Assembly (NCBI GenBank): GCA_050173015.1
Contig: JBFXLE010000004.1
Location: 67,470-131,469, forward strand
Direction: 5' to 3'
DNA: 64,000 bases
Source: Calditrichaceae bacterium
GTDB lineage: Bacteria; Calditrichota; Calditrichia; Calditrichales; JBFXGD01
Positions 1 to 10,773 of this stretch are shown one piece after another. Every line of letters starts with the position of its first letter. Position 1 is the stretch's first letter. A model generated the notes under the pieces. That model saw only the letters and a list, made by a program, of their open reading frames with translations. It ran no database searches and was not told where the DNA came from. A program made the translations under genes and the position numbers.

Positions 1-2616
1 GTCGAAGGCAAAAATATTGGCGCCGCCACCGATCTGGATGGATATTTTGTGATTTTAAATGTACCTCCCGGTGTCTATACCGTTTCGGCATATTCGATCG
101 GATATGTCACAATATCCATGCAGAATGTAGATGTATCCATCGATCTAACCGCGCGGGTGAATTTTGATCTTCAGCAAACGACTCTTGAGTCTTCAGAGAC
201 GGTGGTTGTAGAAGCGGAACGCCCGATTATTACGCGTGACCTGACCGCGAGTACCGCTGTTGTGGGCAGCAGCACAATTGACGCCCTTCCGGTGACGGAG
301 CTCAGCGAGATATTGGAGCTGCAGGCGGGTGTTATCGACGGCCATGTTCGCGGCGGGCGAAGCGGAGAAGTAGTTTACGCGATCGATGGTGTTCCCGTAA
401 CGGATACCTATGACGGATCGACTGTCGTTGATGTCAATACCAGCGCGATTCAGGAGTTACAATTTGTAAGCGGCGCGTTTAACGCCGAATATGGTAAAGC
501 GCTGTCCGGTTATGTTAATATCGCCACGAAAGAGGCCAGCAATAAATTGGAAGCCGGCATTACCAGTTACGGCGGTGATTATATCAGTAGTCACACCGAT
601 ATTTTCAGGGGAATTGACCGCTTTGATATAACGGCGATCCGTGATATTGAGGGTTTTGTGAGTTTACCTTTAGTAAAAGATAAACTTTCCTTTTATGGAA
701 ATGTACGATATATATATTTTGATGGCTGGATGAACGGTAAAAAGGTCTTTGAACCCTGGGATATTACCGTTAATAAGGGACCGAGCGAACCGATAGAGGA
801 TCGTTATGATATTCAGTCCAGCGGTGACGGAAAATATGTATCAATGAACTGGAACAGAAAAATAAACGCGCATACTAAATTAACCTATACTCCATTTGCC
901 GGGATAAAGCTGAACTATAATCTGATGTTGGAAAAAGTCGCCTATCAGGACTATGATCATAGTTTCTCCTATAATCCAGATGGTGATTTTCAACGCTTTC
1001 GTAACGGCTTTACAAATATTTTGGGTATGACGCATGTTCTTAATGCGGCCACATTTTACCAGTTCAACCTCTCATATTTCAGCAAAGAATATAAACATTA
1101 CGTCTATGAAGATCCTTATGATTCACGTTATACTCACTATGATCTGTTGAATCAACAGCCGCAGGATGTGCCCAGTTTTTTAACCGGGGGTACAAAGAAT
1201 CAGCATTTTTACCGTAAAACAAATACATATTCGGCAAAACTGGATATAACATCCCAAATTACCAAACGGAACCTGATAAAAGGCGGCATTGAGTTCAGCA
1301 GGCATAAACTTACATACGACAATTATTATTTGTTGCAGGAGGCAGGTCTGCCGAGCCCGTCGGAAAGCGGAGATCCATTTGTGAAAACACGGATCCCGGA
1401 TCCGGATAATCCGAGCGAAAATCTTTCGATTGACCGCTACACCCGTGAACCCATGGAGATATCCGCTTATTTGCAGGATAAAATTGAATTTGACCAGTTG
1501 ATCATCAACCTGGGTCTCCGGTATGATGTTTTTATGCCCGAAGGGCAAATATTATCTGATCCCTCGGATCCTGATATTTATCGCCCTAAAAGACCGGAAA
1601 ACATCGAGAAGACCATAGAGGAGAGATCAACCTACTGGTACAAAGACGCGTCGATCAAATCGCAATTCAGTCCGCGGTTGGGAGTTTCCTTTCCGTTCAG
1701 CACAAACGGGGTCTTTCATTTTTCATACGGTCATTTCTTCCAGATACCAAACTTCGAACTGCTGTACCAGAATCCGCAATATAAGTTCGGCACCGGTACC
1801 GGAAATCTCGGCATCGCGGGTAATCCCGATCTGAAACCGGAACAAACCATAAATGGGGAAGTGGGCTTTTCCTATGGTTTAAACAGAAGCCTGTCAATTG
1901 ATATTACGGGATATTTTCGTGATATCCGTAACTTAGCGGGAACACGCGCCGACGAGATATATATGTTTGGAGGATCGGGAAGCTACAGCCAGCTTGTTAA
2001 CAGTGATTTTGGTTTCGTCCGGGGAATAGTTTTTACCCTGGATAAGCGATTCAGTGATAACTGGTCGGCAAAAATTGATTATACCTTCCAGACGGCAAAA
2101 GGAAACGCTTCCGATCCGGCAGCGACCAGAAACCAGCAGGTTAGCGGCCAGGAGCCTGAGATTCAGTTGATAAATCTGGATTTTGATCAAACGCATACGG
2201 TTAACGCCACATTTAATTATGTCACAAATAACCGGTGGGGAATAAGTGTGATCGGGCGATATGGCAGCGGAATGCCATATACACCTTCACAATCGATTGA
2301 CATATCCAAGCTATTGACGAACTCAGAAATAAAACCATCATTTTATAATGTGGATTTGAAGCTCCGCAAGGATTTAATCATCAACACGCGCGCGGTTACC
2401 TTTTTTGCGCGAATTTATAATTTGTTTGATTTTAAAAATGAGATAAATGTTTACAATGACAGCGGCACAGCTGATTTTACTCTGGAAGAATATTTACGGC
2501 AGCAGCAGGATCTGCCGGCTTTGGTGAATACGCTGAATGAATACTACCGCATTCCTTATTATTATTCTGAGCCGCGCCGGTTGGAATTGGGTTTAACCCT
2601 TCAATTATCTAATTAA
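1..2616 (+). CDS. TonB-dependent outer-membrane receptor (5' end cut by window edge)
   Basis: Frame 1 is open from nt 1 (VEGKNIGAATDLDGYFVILNVPPGVYTV, a carboxypeptidase-regulatory-like N-domain). A plug-like segment follows (ETVVVEAERPIITRDL...IDALPVTELSEILELQAGV), then about 600 aa of beta-barrel-like sequence. The stop overlaps the next start (TAATG). Confidence 0.85.
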   Translation, partial: VEGKNIGAATDLDGYFVILNVPPGVYTVSAYSIGYVTISMQNVDVSIDLTARVNFDLQQTTLESSETVVVEAERPIITRDLTASTAVVGSSTIDALPVTELSEILELQAGVIDGHVRGGRSGEVVYAIDGVPVTDTYDGSTVVDVNTSAIQELQFVSGAFNAEYGKALSGYVNIATKEASNKLEAGITSYGGDYISSHTDIFRGIDRFDITAIRDIEGFVSLPLVKDKLSFYGNVRYIYFDGWMNGKKVFEPWDITVNKGPSEPIEDRYDIQSSGDGKYVSMNWNRKINAHTKLTYTPFAGIKLNYNLMLEKVAYQDYDHSFSYNPDGDFQRFRNGFTNILGMTHVLNAATFYQFNLSYFSKEYKHYVYEDPYDSRYTHYDLLNQQPQDVPSFLTGGTKNQHFYRKTNTYSAKLDITSQITKRNLIKGGIEFSRHKLTYDNYYLLQEAGLPSPSESGDPFVKTRIPDPDNPSENLSIDRYTREPMEISAYLQDKIEFDQLIINLGLRYDVFMPEGQILSDPSDPDIYRPKRPENIEKTIEERSTYWYKDASIKSQFSPRLGVSFPFSTNGVFHFSYGHFFQIPNFELLYQNPQYKFGTGTGNLGIAGNPDLKPEQTINGEVGFSYGLNRSLSIDITGYFRDIRNLAGTRADEIYMFGGSGSYSQLVNSDFGFVRGIVFTLDKRFSDNWSAKIDYTFQTAKGNASDPAATRNQQVSGQEPEIQLINLDFDQTHTVNATFNYVTNNRWGISVIGRYGSGMPYTPSQSIDISKLLTNSEIKPSFYNVDLKLRKDLIINTRAVTFFARIYNLFDFKNEINVYNDSGTADFTLEEYLRQQQDLPALVNTLNEYYRIPYYYSEPRRLELGLTLQLSN

Positions 2617-5600
2617 TGAAGCAGAGGGTTTTGATGAAGAACAGCAGTATATATATTTTTTTAATTTTCATGGTATTTGTCCTGACAGGATTTAATCAAT
2701 CATTTGGCCAGTATGAAAAAAGTACACCGACAGCCCGGAGGGTGGGAAATCATAATGGCAACCAGGTACGGACAACTTTTACGAATTATGGTGTGATTGG
2801 CCAGCCCGGAAGTCAGGGAACTAATTGCGCCTGGAAGTATGACGCCAACGGATATGCCACTGATATACAGCCTCTTGTGGGCGTCCGCCTTCCCATCCGT
2901 GATTATCGTGTCGCGGGAGTGTATGACGGTGTGCCAGATACGCTGTTTTCAGTCATTGGCTGTAATGCCGACCGCTCCGGGGTGCCCGATTATGATCCGG
3001 GTGGCGGTCAGTTTTGGGGATTTGAACCGATCCCCGGTTTTTTTAATCCATCCCTCGATGCATTAGGTATCGGCGTGGCCATGAATCATCTCCCGCAAAC
3101 CTGGCCCGCGTATTGGCCGGATCATCCTGATTGGATAGGTAGTAACGGAAGCGCGGAATGGAATGGTTACTTCGGCCGCGGCGTGGAGAATTCTGATCAG
3201 GAGAGTTATTTTTTGATGGATGATGCCAATGATCTGAAAATGTGGCAGCGCTATCAATTCTTGCCCGACAGTAATGATACAAGCCGCAAGGGACAGGGAA
3301 TTCAGGTGGCTGTTCGGGGTATGCAATGGTCCAATTTTCTGGCGCAGGATGTCATCTTCTGGGTTTATGAAATTACGAACGTGGGGACGGAAGTTTATGA
3401 CCAGGCTTCTTTTGGAACTTTAATAGGCACTTATCTGGGTGTCGGGCCCCAGGGCGGAACGGAATGGATGGATGACGCTTCATTCTTTAATGTCCGCGAA
3501 GCGATCGTTTATACCTGGGACTTTGATCAATACATCAATCCTTCGGCGAATCCCAAATGGCAGCCCAATCCATATGAAGTCGGTTATATCGGATACGCGT
3601 TTCTGGAATCTCCGGGTAACCCTTACGATGGCATTGACAATGACGGGGACAACGCGCCCAGTGGTTCAGCTCCGTATTTTAATGAGGGAGACTTTGTTCC
3701 GCGGACAGTCAAGGCCGGTGATCGATTAATTTTGATCAATAAGGATACCTATGAAAGGACTTTATTTGTCATGCCCAATGAGCGGACTAATGTTGTCTCT
3801 CTCGGCAAGACATTTACACTTATCCCCGATACAACTATCCTTGAAGAAGGTAATATGAAGCTTGGAGGCACGTCGGGTTTAACCATTAACAAAAACGCGT
3901 TTGATGGTCTGGATAATGATCTTGACGGAATGATTGACGAAAATTACCAATTGCATTATCGTCAGTATAAAGAAACCACAGAGGGGAAAGTACTCATAGA
4001 TACGCTGGCTCCGGTCCAGCATTTTGATTATATCAACGGTATCGGTCTCAACGATCTTTTAATCGACGAAGCCAGGGATGACGGTATTGACAATGATGGT
4101 GACTGGGATCCGATGGTGGATGATGTGGGCGCGGACGGGAAGCCCGGCACCGGCGATTATGGCGAGGGTGATGGTCAGCCCACAAGCGGTGAACCACATT
4201 TTGATCAAAAAGATGTGGATGAATCTGACCAGCTCGGTCTCACCAGTTTTGATTATTTTGTTCCTTCAACAGATATAGATATGAGTGATGAAAAAGAGAT
4301 GTGGGAACGATTGCGTCCGGGCCGGTTTGATGTGCCCGAGTCGATTGTCGATAACCGCGCGGTCAGGGGAGAGGACGGCGATTTTATTTTCGGATCGGGT
4401 TATTTCCCTTTACTTCCGGGAAAAACAGAACGATTCTCGATGGCTTTAGTTTTCGGTGATGACTATGAAGCTGTTGTACGCAGTAAGAATATTGCTCAGT
4501 TGATATATAATTCTAATTACAATTTTCCAAGACCCCCGACAAAACCAACTTTGACAGCGGTTCCCGGGGACGGCAGTGTGACATTGTATTGGGATAAGGA
4601 AGCCGAAAAATCTTATGATTTCTCTTTGCAGGAATTTGATTTTGAGGGGTATAAGATATACAAAAGCACGGATCCCGGTTTTTCCGACGCGAAAGTTATA
4701 TCAAATGGTTATGGACAAATTGTTGACTATAAACCCTTTGTCCAATATGATCTCAATAATTCAGTAAGCGGTTTTTTTAATTCAGACCCATTGTTATATG
4801 AGCTCAGCAGCGGTAAGCCATTTTATCTTGGCAATGACAGCGGTATTAAAAACAGTTTTGTCGATACCGATGTGATCAACGGACGCACTTATTATTATGC
4901 CGTAACAGCGTATGATCGCGGAGATGAAACCGAATCAATTTATCCGTCGGAAAACACAAAAACCATTTATCGTGACGCGGCGGGCAATCTGGTTCTTGAT
5001 AGAAATACCGCGGCTGTCACGCCGACCGCTCCGGTCGCCGGTTATGTGACTCCTGAATCCGGACTTTCCGCTGACCGTGTCGCGGGGTATTCGACATTTA
5101 TACCCTTCGCCGAAATCGTTGATCAAACCAATCTGAAACCAACAACTTATGAAATATCATTTTTAGACTCACTGATCCGGGATGTGCCGGTTGCATTCGC
5201 TTATAATATCGTTGATTCAGCGAGCGGTGATACGGTTTATTGGGGGAACACCAATCTGCAAAAGGAAAACGGAGATGTCTTTGACGGCATTCGCTTCTCT
5301 TTCAATACACGATATCAGGTATTGGATAGCGTGCGGCTTGATACATCGAAGAGCGGCTGGAATAATGAAAGAAACGATAATCTTGTTCCGGTCGTTTCAG
5401 AATTTAAATTCGGAAATATTGTCAGTACCCGATTCCCGAAAGATTATTTGTTCGTATTTTATGAAGAGAGAAACCAGACATCTTCCCGGTTACCTCTAAT
5501 TTTCGGCACCAGTTCTCCTCTTCAAACCATTGCCACAAATTTTGCCGTTTATGATGTAACGGATTCTACCAATCATAAAAAAATCCAATATGGCTTTGTG

Positions 5601-6170
5601 GAGTCGCCAAGCACACCAAAGGATACCCTGAGTCATTTTGACAGCGTGTATTTATCAAATGAGGACGGAAGTCAGCTATCATGGCGCATAACATTTACAA
5701 AACCGCCTGCCTGGCTTGGTGTTGATGCTGCCGTGCCACAGGAAGGCGATAGCCTGTATTTGTCATTTTTTAAACCGTTTACTTCAAAAGACCGGTTTGT
5801 ATATCATTCCAAATTGGCAAAAGTGGATTCTAAACTCGCGCGGGACGAAATGGACGATATCCGGGTAGTTCCCAATCCTTATGTGGTGACCAATGTGTAT
5901 GAAGAACCGCTTCCGTCTCAGGTGCGTGGCAGGGGAGAACATGTGGTGAATTTTATAAACCTACCCGCCGGTTCGACGATTCAAATCTTTGCTTCAAACG
6001 GATATCATGTAAGAACAATCCAACACACCGGCAATTTGTTTGACGGTACAAGCACATGGGATTTAAGGACAAAAGAAGGATTGGATGTGGCCGCCGGCGT
6101 TTATTTTTACGTCATTGAAGCGCCCGGAATCAAGCAGAAAAAAATGGGTAAATTAGCAATCATTAAGTAG
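2616..6170 (+). CDS. Large secreted cell-surface protein with acidic Ca-binding (DxDxDG) repeats, an FN3-like module and a T9SS-CTD-like C-terminus; function unknown
   Basis: Signal peptide (IYIFLIFMVFVLTGFNQSFGQ). Motifs DGIDNDGDNA, DGLDNDLDGMIDEN and DDGIDNDGDWDPMVDDVGADGKPGTGDYGEGDG. FN3-like segment PTKPTLTAVPGDGSVTLYWDKE...FEGYKIYKS. C-terminal beta-sandwich-like tail VVPNPYVV...GVYFYVIEA...GKLAIIK. Confidence 0.6.
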   Translation: MKQRVLMKNSSIYIFLIFMVFVLTGFNQSFGQYEKSTPTARRVGNHNGNQVRTTFTNYGVIGQPGSQGTNCAWKYDANGYATDIQPLVGVRLPIRDYRVAGVYDGVPDTLFSVIGCNADRSGVPDYDPGGGQFWGFEPIPGFFNPSLDALGIGVAMNHLPQTWPAYWPDHPDWIGSNGSAEWNGYFGRGVENSDQESYFLMDDANDLKMWQRYQFLPDSNDTSRKGQGIQVAVRGMQWSNFLAQDVIFWVYEITNVGTEVYDQASFGTLIGTYLGVGPQGGTEWMDDASFFNVREAIVYTWDFDQYINPSANPKWQPNPYEVGYIGYAFLESPGNPYDGIDNDGDNAPSGSAPYFNEGDFVPRTVKAGDRLILINKDTYERTLFVMPNERTNVVSLGKTFTLIPDTTILEEGNMKLGGTSGLTINKNAFDGLDNDLDGMIDENYQLHYRQYKETTEGKVLIDTLAPVQHFDYINGIGLNDLLIDEARDDGIDNDGDWDPMVDDVGADGKPGTGDYGEGDGQPTSGEPHFDQKDVDESDQLGLTSFDYFVPSTDIDMSDEKEMWERLRPGRFDVPESIVDNRAVRGEDGDFIFGSGYFPLLPGKTERFSMALVFGDDYEAVVRSKNIAQLIYNSNYNFPRPPTKPTLTAVPGDGSVTLYWDKEAEKSYDFSLQEFDFEGYKIYKSTDPGFSDAKVISNGYGQIVDYKPFVQYDLNNSVSGFFNSDPLLYELSSGKPFYLGNDSGIKNSFVDTDVINGRTYYYAVTAYDRGDETESIYPSENTKTIYRDAAGNLVLDRNTAAVTPTAPVAGYVTPESGLSADRVAGYSTFIPFAEIVDQTNLKPTTYEISFLDSLIRDVPVAFAYNIVDSASGDTVYWGNTNLQKENGDVFDGIRFSFNTRYQVLDSVRLDTSKSGWNNERNDNLVPVVSEFKFGNIVSTRFPKDYLFVFYEERNQTSSRLPLIFGTSSPLQTIATNFAVYDVTDSTNHKKIQYGFVESPSTPKDTLSHFDSVYLSNEDGSQLSWRITFTKPPAWLGVDAAVPQEGDSLYLSFFKPFTSKDRFVYHSKLAKVDSKLARDEMDDIRVVPNPYVVTNVYEEPLPSQVRGRGEHVVNFINLPAGSTIQIFASNGYHVRTIQHTGNLFDGTSTWDLRTKEGLDVAAGVYFYVIEAPGIKQKKMGKLAIIK

Positions 6171-6179
6171 AGAAAATCG

Positions 6180-7187
6180 ATGATTAAAAATACTGTCTAT
6201 ATATGTCTTATAATTTGCTCTCTGGTCCTTAATGCTTTCGGCCAAACGAAAGTAGGGACAACGGCAGCTAATTTCTTAACCATACCTATCGGCGCCCGCG
6301 CTACAGGTATGGGGGGAGCCTTTGTCGCTATAGCGAATGACGCGACGAGCGCGTATTGGAATCCGGCGGGATTGACGCGTCTAAGCGGAAATCAAATAAA
6401 CGCGACGCATACACCATGGCTGGTAAATACGAATCTGAACTGGCTGAGTCTGGTGATGAAATTCGGGGAAAATGCATTGAGTGTCAGTATCAATCAACTC
6501 GACTATGGCAGTGAAGAAATTACAACCGCCGACGCGCCGATGGGTACCGGGCAGAAATGGGAGGCGATGGATTTGTCCTTCGGTATTTCATACGCCAGGG
6601 AACTGACCGACCGTTTTTCATTTGGAACGACTTTTAAAATTATTCAACAACAGATTTGGCACGAGACCGCTAATGCGATAGCCATGGATGTCGGTCTTAT
6701 GTACAATACGGAATTCAGGGGGTTGACCATCGGGATGAATATCTCAAACTTTGGATCGGAATTGCAAATGACCGGTAAAGATCTGCTGCAGCCTGTTGAT
6801 ATTGATCCGGGAAATAGCGGAAATAACGATAATATTGTGGCCAACATGGATACAGATTCCTGGCCTCTGCCATTGGCTTTTACGGTAGGGCTTGGTGTGG
6901 ATATTTTTCAGAACGAAAATTGGCGCGTTACGATGGCCAGCGACGCCACACATCCCAATAATCAGAAACTGCATATGAATCTTGGAACAGAGTTTTCCTG
7001 GCGTGAGATCCTTGCGTTGCGCGCGGGGTATAATTCCATGTTTAAGGAAGAAGCGCAGGAGGGATTCGCTTTTGGATTTGGTCTCAATTATCCTTTCGGT
7101 GATTTAATAGTTTCATTAGATTATAGTTATATGGAATTCGGAGTTTTTAATCCGATTTCACGTTATTCGTTAAATTTGCAATTTTAA
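6180..7187 (+). CDS. PorV/PorQ-family-like outer-membrane beta-barrel protein
   Basis: Signal peptide, then GTTAANFLTIPIGARATGMGGAFVAIANDATSAYWNPAGLTRL, which matches my memory of the PorV/PorQ (UPF0164-like) N-terminal signature. The C-terminal residue is aromatic (LNLQF). Confidence 0.65.
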   Translation: MIKNTVYICLIICSLVLNAFGQTKVGTTAANFLTIPIGARATGMGGAFVAIANDATSAYWNPAGLTRLSGNQINATHTPWLVNTNLNWLSLVMKFGENALSVSINQLDYGSEEITTADAPMGTGQKWEAMDLSFGISYARELTDRFSFGTTFKIIQQQIWHETANAIAMDVGLMYNTEFRGLTIGMNISNFGSELQMTGKDLLQPVDIDPGNSGNNDNIVANMDTDSWPLPLAFTVGLGVDIFQNENWRVTMASDATHPNNQKLHMNLGTEFSWREILALRAGYNSMFKEEAQEGFAFGFGLNYPFGDLIVSLDYSYMEFGVFNPISRYSLNLQF

Positions 7188-7244
7188 GAACTGATTTTGG
7201 GTGTTATCCTGATCTGAAAATGGCAACAATCACTCAAATGGAAA

Positions 7245-8897
7245 ATGAAGGGAATCTCTATGCAATTTGGCACCATTGATTATATCGTCTTTATCGGATA
7301 TCTCCTTCTTATCGTCGGACTTGGTTTATGGGTATCACGTGACAAAAAAGGCCATATCAAAGACTCAAAAGATTATTTTCTTGCCAGTAAATCCCTGCCA
7401 TGGTGGGCCATTGGCGCGTCCCTGATCGCCGCGAATATCTCGGCTGAGCAGTTTATTGGCATGTCCGGTTCGGGCTTTGCGATAGGCCTTGCCATCGCCT
7501 CGTATGAATGGATGGCGGCTATTACACTGATCATCGTCGGGAAGTTTTTTCTCCCGATATTTATTGAAAAGAAACTGTACACTATTCCTGAATTTATTGA
7601 AAAGCGTTTCAGTACAAACCTGAAAACAATTCTTGCTGTTTTCTGGGTGGCGCTCTTTATATTCGTAAATCTCACCTCGGTGCTGTTCCTGGGAGGGAAG
7701 GCTCTGGATACCATTATCGGAAACGGTGACGGCAATTATATCATCTATGCCATCATATTCCTGGCATTTATAGCCGCTGCTTATTCTTTGTACGGCGGTC
7801 TCTCCGCTGTCGCATGGACTGACGTTGTACAGGTCGCGCTTCTGGTGATCGGCGGTTTAATTACATCGGTAATCGCGCTGAATCATGTCACACCCGAAGG
7901 TGGAGTGTTTGCCGGATTGGCTCATATCTACGATCAGGCCGGGGATAAATTCCATATGATACTCTCCAGAGATAATCCAGAGTTTTTTAACCTGCCCGGG
8001 ATAGCCGTTCTGATTGGCGGTATGTGGGTGGCGAATCTCTACTATTGGGGTTTTAACCAGTATATCATTCAGCGGACACTGGCGGCTAAATCGCTTAAAG
8101 AAGCTCAAAACGGTATCGCGTTCGCGGCATTCCTGAAATTAATTATTCCCGTAATCGTCGTGATTCCGGGAATCGTTGCTTATGTCCTATACGCGCAGCC
8201 GGAAGGAACCGCCGTTATTGAGGGCGTCAGAGAGGCTTTTAGTAACGGAAACGGCGGGATCAATTACGATAAAGCTTATCCGTGGCTGATCAGCGTATTT
8301 ATCCCGACGGGATTGAAGGGACTGGTATTGGCCGCGTTGACCGCAGCGATTGTGTCTTCGGTCGCCTCTATGCTTAACTCCACATCGACGATATTTACCA
8401 TGGATATTTTTAAACCGTATATCAATAAAAACGCGTCAGAGAAACAGCTTGTCAGCGTTGGCCGGATCGCCGCGTTTGCCGCTTTGCTGATTGCCGTTTT
8501 TATGGCGCCGGTCATGGGTAATATTCCACAGATGTTTCAGTATATCCAGGAATATACCGGTTTAGTCAGTCCGGGAATTCTGGCGGTATTTCTGATGGGT
8601 TTGTTCTGGAAAAAAGCCACCAACAAAGGAGCAATAGCGGGGGTTCTCTCATCCATCGTTATCGCGCTCGTTCTTAAGAGTCAGGTTGTTGATTTACCAT
8701 GGATGGATCAGATGTTCTATACGATGCTGATAACAATGGCAATAATCGCGGGTGTGAGTTTGACGACATCTGAAAGCTCCGATGATCCAAATGCGATTCA
8801 ACTGGAACCGAAGATGTTTCAAACTTCCCAGGTGTTCAACATCAGCGCTTATATTGTTTTGATTGTTTTGGTGGTGCTGTACACTGCATTCTGGTAA
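7245..8897 (+). CDS. Sodium:solute symporter family (SGLT-like Na+/sugar cotransporter)
   Basis: About 13-14 predicted TM segments. SSF-type N-terminal block WWAIGASLIAANISAEQFIGMSGSGFAIGLAIASYEW. Sits inside a glycoside-hydrolase locus. Confidence 0.85.
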   Translation: MKGISMQFGTIDYIVFIGYLLLIVGLGLWVSRDKKGHIKDSKDYFLASKSLPWWAIGASLIAANISAEQFIGMSGSGFAIGLAIASYEWMAAITLIIVGKFFLPIFIEKKLYTIPEFIEKRFSTNLKTILAVFWVALFIFVNLTSVLFLGGKALDTIIGNGDGNYIIYAIIFLAFIAAAYSLYGGLSAVAWTDVVQVALLVIGGLITSVIALNHVTPEGGVFAGLAHIYDQAGDKFHMILSRDNPEFFNLPGIAVLIGGMWVANLYYWGFNQYIIQRTLAAKSLKEAQNGIAFAAFLKLIIPVIVVIPGIVAYVLYAQPEGTAVIEGVREAFSNGNGGINYDKAYPWLISVFIPTGLKGLVLAALTAAIVSSVASMLNSTSTIFTMDIFKPYINKNASEKQLVSVGRIAAFAALLIAVFMAPVMGNIPQMFQYIQEYTGLVSPGILAVFLMGLFWKKATNKGAIAGVLSSIVIALVLKSQVVDLPWMDQMFYTMLITMAIIAGVSLTTSESSDDPNAIQLEPKMFQTSQVFNISAYIVLIVLVVLYTAFW

Positions 8898-8949
8898 TAA
8901 AAATTGTATGGATCGGAATGGATCCTGACCAACGGTTGTAAATGTTCTC

Positions 8950-10764
8950 GTGTTTAACAATGCCGAAAGAAATATTTTGAAGGAAAACAAAAGGGTGTTG
9001 ACAAAGAATTTAATATATTTGTGGAGTTCTTTTTTTATTTTATCATGCGGATCGACGGTCTCAGATGAATTTTCTCCCCTGATACATGAATCAGGACGCT
9101 GGTTTGCGGAGGTCCGGACGGAAAAAGCAAATTACAAGGATGGAGAAAAAGTCAGCTTTCTGCTGTCATTCCATGATAAACCGCAGCAGGAATCTGAAGT
9201 TTTTATTCGTTACCGATATCTGAATACCGTTTTGGATTCTCAAACAATAAAGACACCGGACAGCCTGGGTATTCACTGGCAATGGAATCCCCCGGCTCAT
9301 GATTTCAGGGGGTATTTGACTGAAATATTCCTGAAGTACAATAACCGCGTATTAGATCAAATCAACATCGCGATTGATGTTTCGTCTGACTGGAGCCGTT
9401 TCCCTCGTTATGGTTTCCTTTCACGCTATCCCGAACTGAGTCAAAGCGCCATTGATTCTGTTATGCGCCGTTTGAATCGTCATCATATAAACGGGATTCA
9501 GTTTTATGACTGGCATTTTAAACATCATATGCCCCTGAGCACAAAGGACGGGCAAGTGACGGATACCTGGCCTGATATAGCCAAACGGCCCATACATCGC
9601 GAGACGATTGAAAAATATATAAAAGCTTGCGCTAAGTATGGTATGAAATCGATGGCCTATAATCTTTTGTATGGAAGCTGGGAGGACGGGCCGCGGGACG
9701 GAGCGCCCGCGAGTTGGCGGTTGTATCGCGACCAAACTCAGAAGGAACCGGTTAAAATTGATTTTGATTCGAGCTGGTCAAGTGATATTTATTGGATGAA
9801 TCCGGACAATAGGGACTGGCAGAATTATATTTTTCATCAGACTGAAAAAGTGTTTAACGCGTTACCATTTGATGGCTGGCATGTGGATCAGCTGGGTGAC
9901 TGGGGGAAGATGTGGACGGCTGATGGCAGGGAAATCATGCCGGATACGACATTTGGAGATTTTTTGACATCCGCGCGTCAATATCTCAATCGACCTCTGG
10001 TTATGAATGCTGTATCGCAGTACGGACAGGAAGAGATTGCCGCAAGCCCGGTCGAATTTCTGTACTCCGAAGTCTGGGACCCTGACAGTACATACGCTGA
10101 TTTGCTAAAGATTATCCGGCAAAACGATACCCTTGGAAATTCCCGGTTAAAGACTGTGTTCGCGGCATATGTGAATCAGGGCCTTGCCGAAAAGCCCGGC
10201 ATGGCGAACACCGCTTCCGTTTTATTGGCTGATGCCCTTATCTTTGCCGCGGGTGGAGATCACCTCGAATTGGGAGAGCATCTGCTGGTTCATCCATATT
10301 TCCCGAATAATAATCTTAAAATGGATGCCGCGTTACAAAAAAGTATGCTCGATTATTATGATTTTATGGTAGCGTATCAAAATATTTTAAGAGGGAATTT
10401 AAAAGACTCAGACATGAAAATTGAATCGGACCAAAGGATTGAATTGAGTAAGGTACCGGAGCAGGGTAAAATATGGTATTCCGCTAAAACGGATAATCGG
10501 CGGAGCGTCGCGCATCTGGTAAATTTTTCATCGGCCAAAACGATGAACTGGCGTGATGATAAGGGAATACAGACCGAACCGGATCTGATTAATCTATTGT
10601 CCATTTCATTTAATAGTACATCGCCCATACGTCAGATTTGGTATGCCTCTCCTGATTTTAATTCCGGTTCCCCTTTTACTATACCTTTCAAACAGGACGG
10701 AGATAAGATATTCCTGAAGCTGCCGCGATTCAGATACTGGTCTATGCTGGTGATGGAACAATAG
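8950..10764 (+). CDS. Glycoside hydrolase family 66-like (dextranase / cycloisomaltooligosaccharide glucanotransferase family), probable lipoprotein
   Basis: Lipobox FFILSCGS. Motifs DVSSDWSRFPRYGFLS, INGIQFYDWHFKHH, FDGWHVDQLGDWG and YSEVW recalled as GH66 catalytic-region signatures. The true start is probably internal (GTG/TTG near 8995). Confidence 0.7.
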   Translation: MFNNAERNILKENKRVLTKNLIYLWSSFFILSCGSTVSDEFSPLIHESGRWFAEVRTEKANYKDGEKVSFLLSFHDKPQQESEVFIRYRYLNTVLDSQTIKTPDSLGIHWQWNPPAHDFRGYLTEIFLKYNNRVLDQINIAIDVSSDWSRFPRYGFLSRYPELSQSAIDSVMRRLNRHHINGIQFYDWHFKHHMPLSTKDGQVTDTWPDIAKRPIHRETIEKYIKACAKYGMKSMAYNLLYGSWEDGPRDGAPASWRLYRDQTQKEPVKIDFDSSWSSDIYWMNPDNRDWQNYIFHQTEKVFNALPFDGWHVDQLGDWGKMWTADGREIMPDTTFGDFLTSARQYLNRPLVMNAVSQYGQEEIAASPVEFLYSEVWDPDSTYADLLKIIRQNDTLGNSRLKTVFAAYVNQGLAEKPGMANTASVLLADALIFAAGGDHLELGEHLLVHPYFPNNNLKMDAALQKSMLDYYDFMVAYQNILRGNLKDSDMKIESDQRIELSKVPEQGKIWYSAKTDNRRSVAHLVNFSSAKTMNWRDDKGIQTEPDLINLLSISFNSTSPIRQIWYASPDFNSGSPFTIPFKQDGDKIFLKLPRFRYWSMLVMEQ

Positions 10765-10773
10765 GAGATTTTA

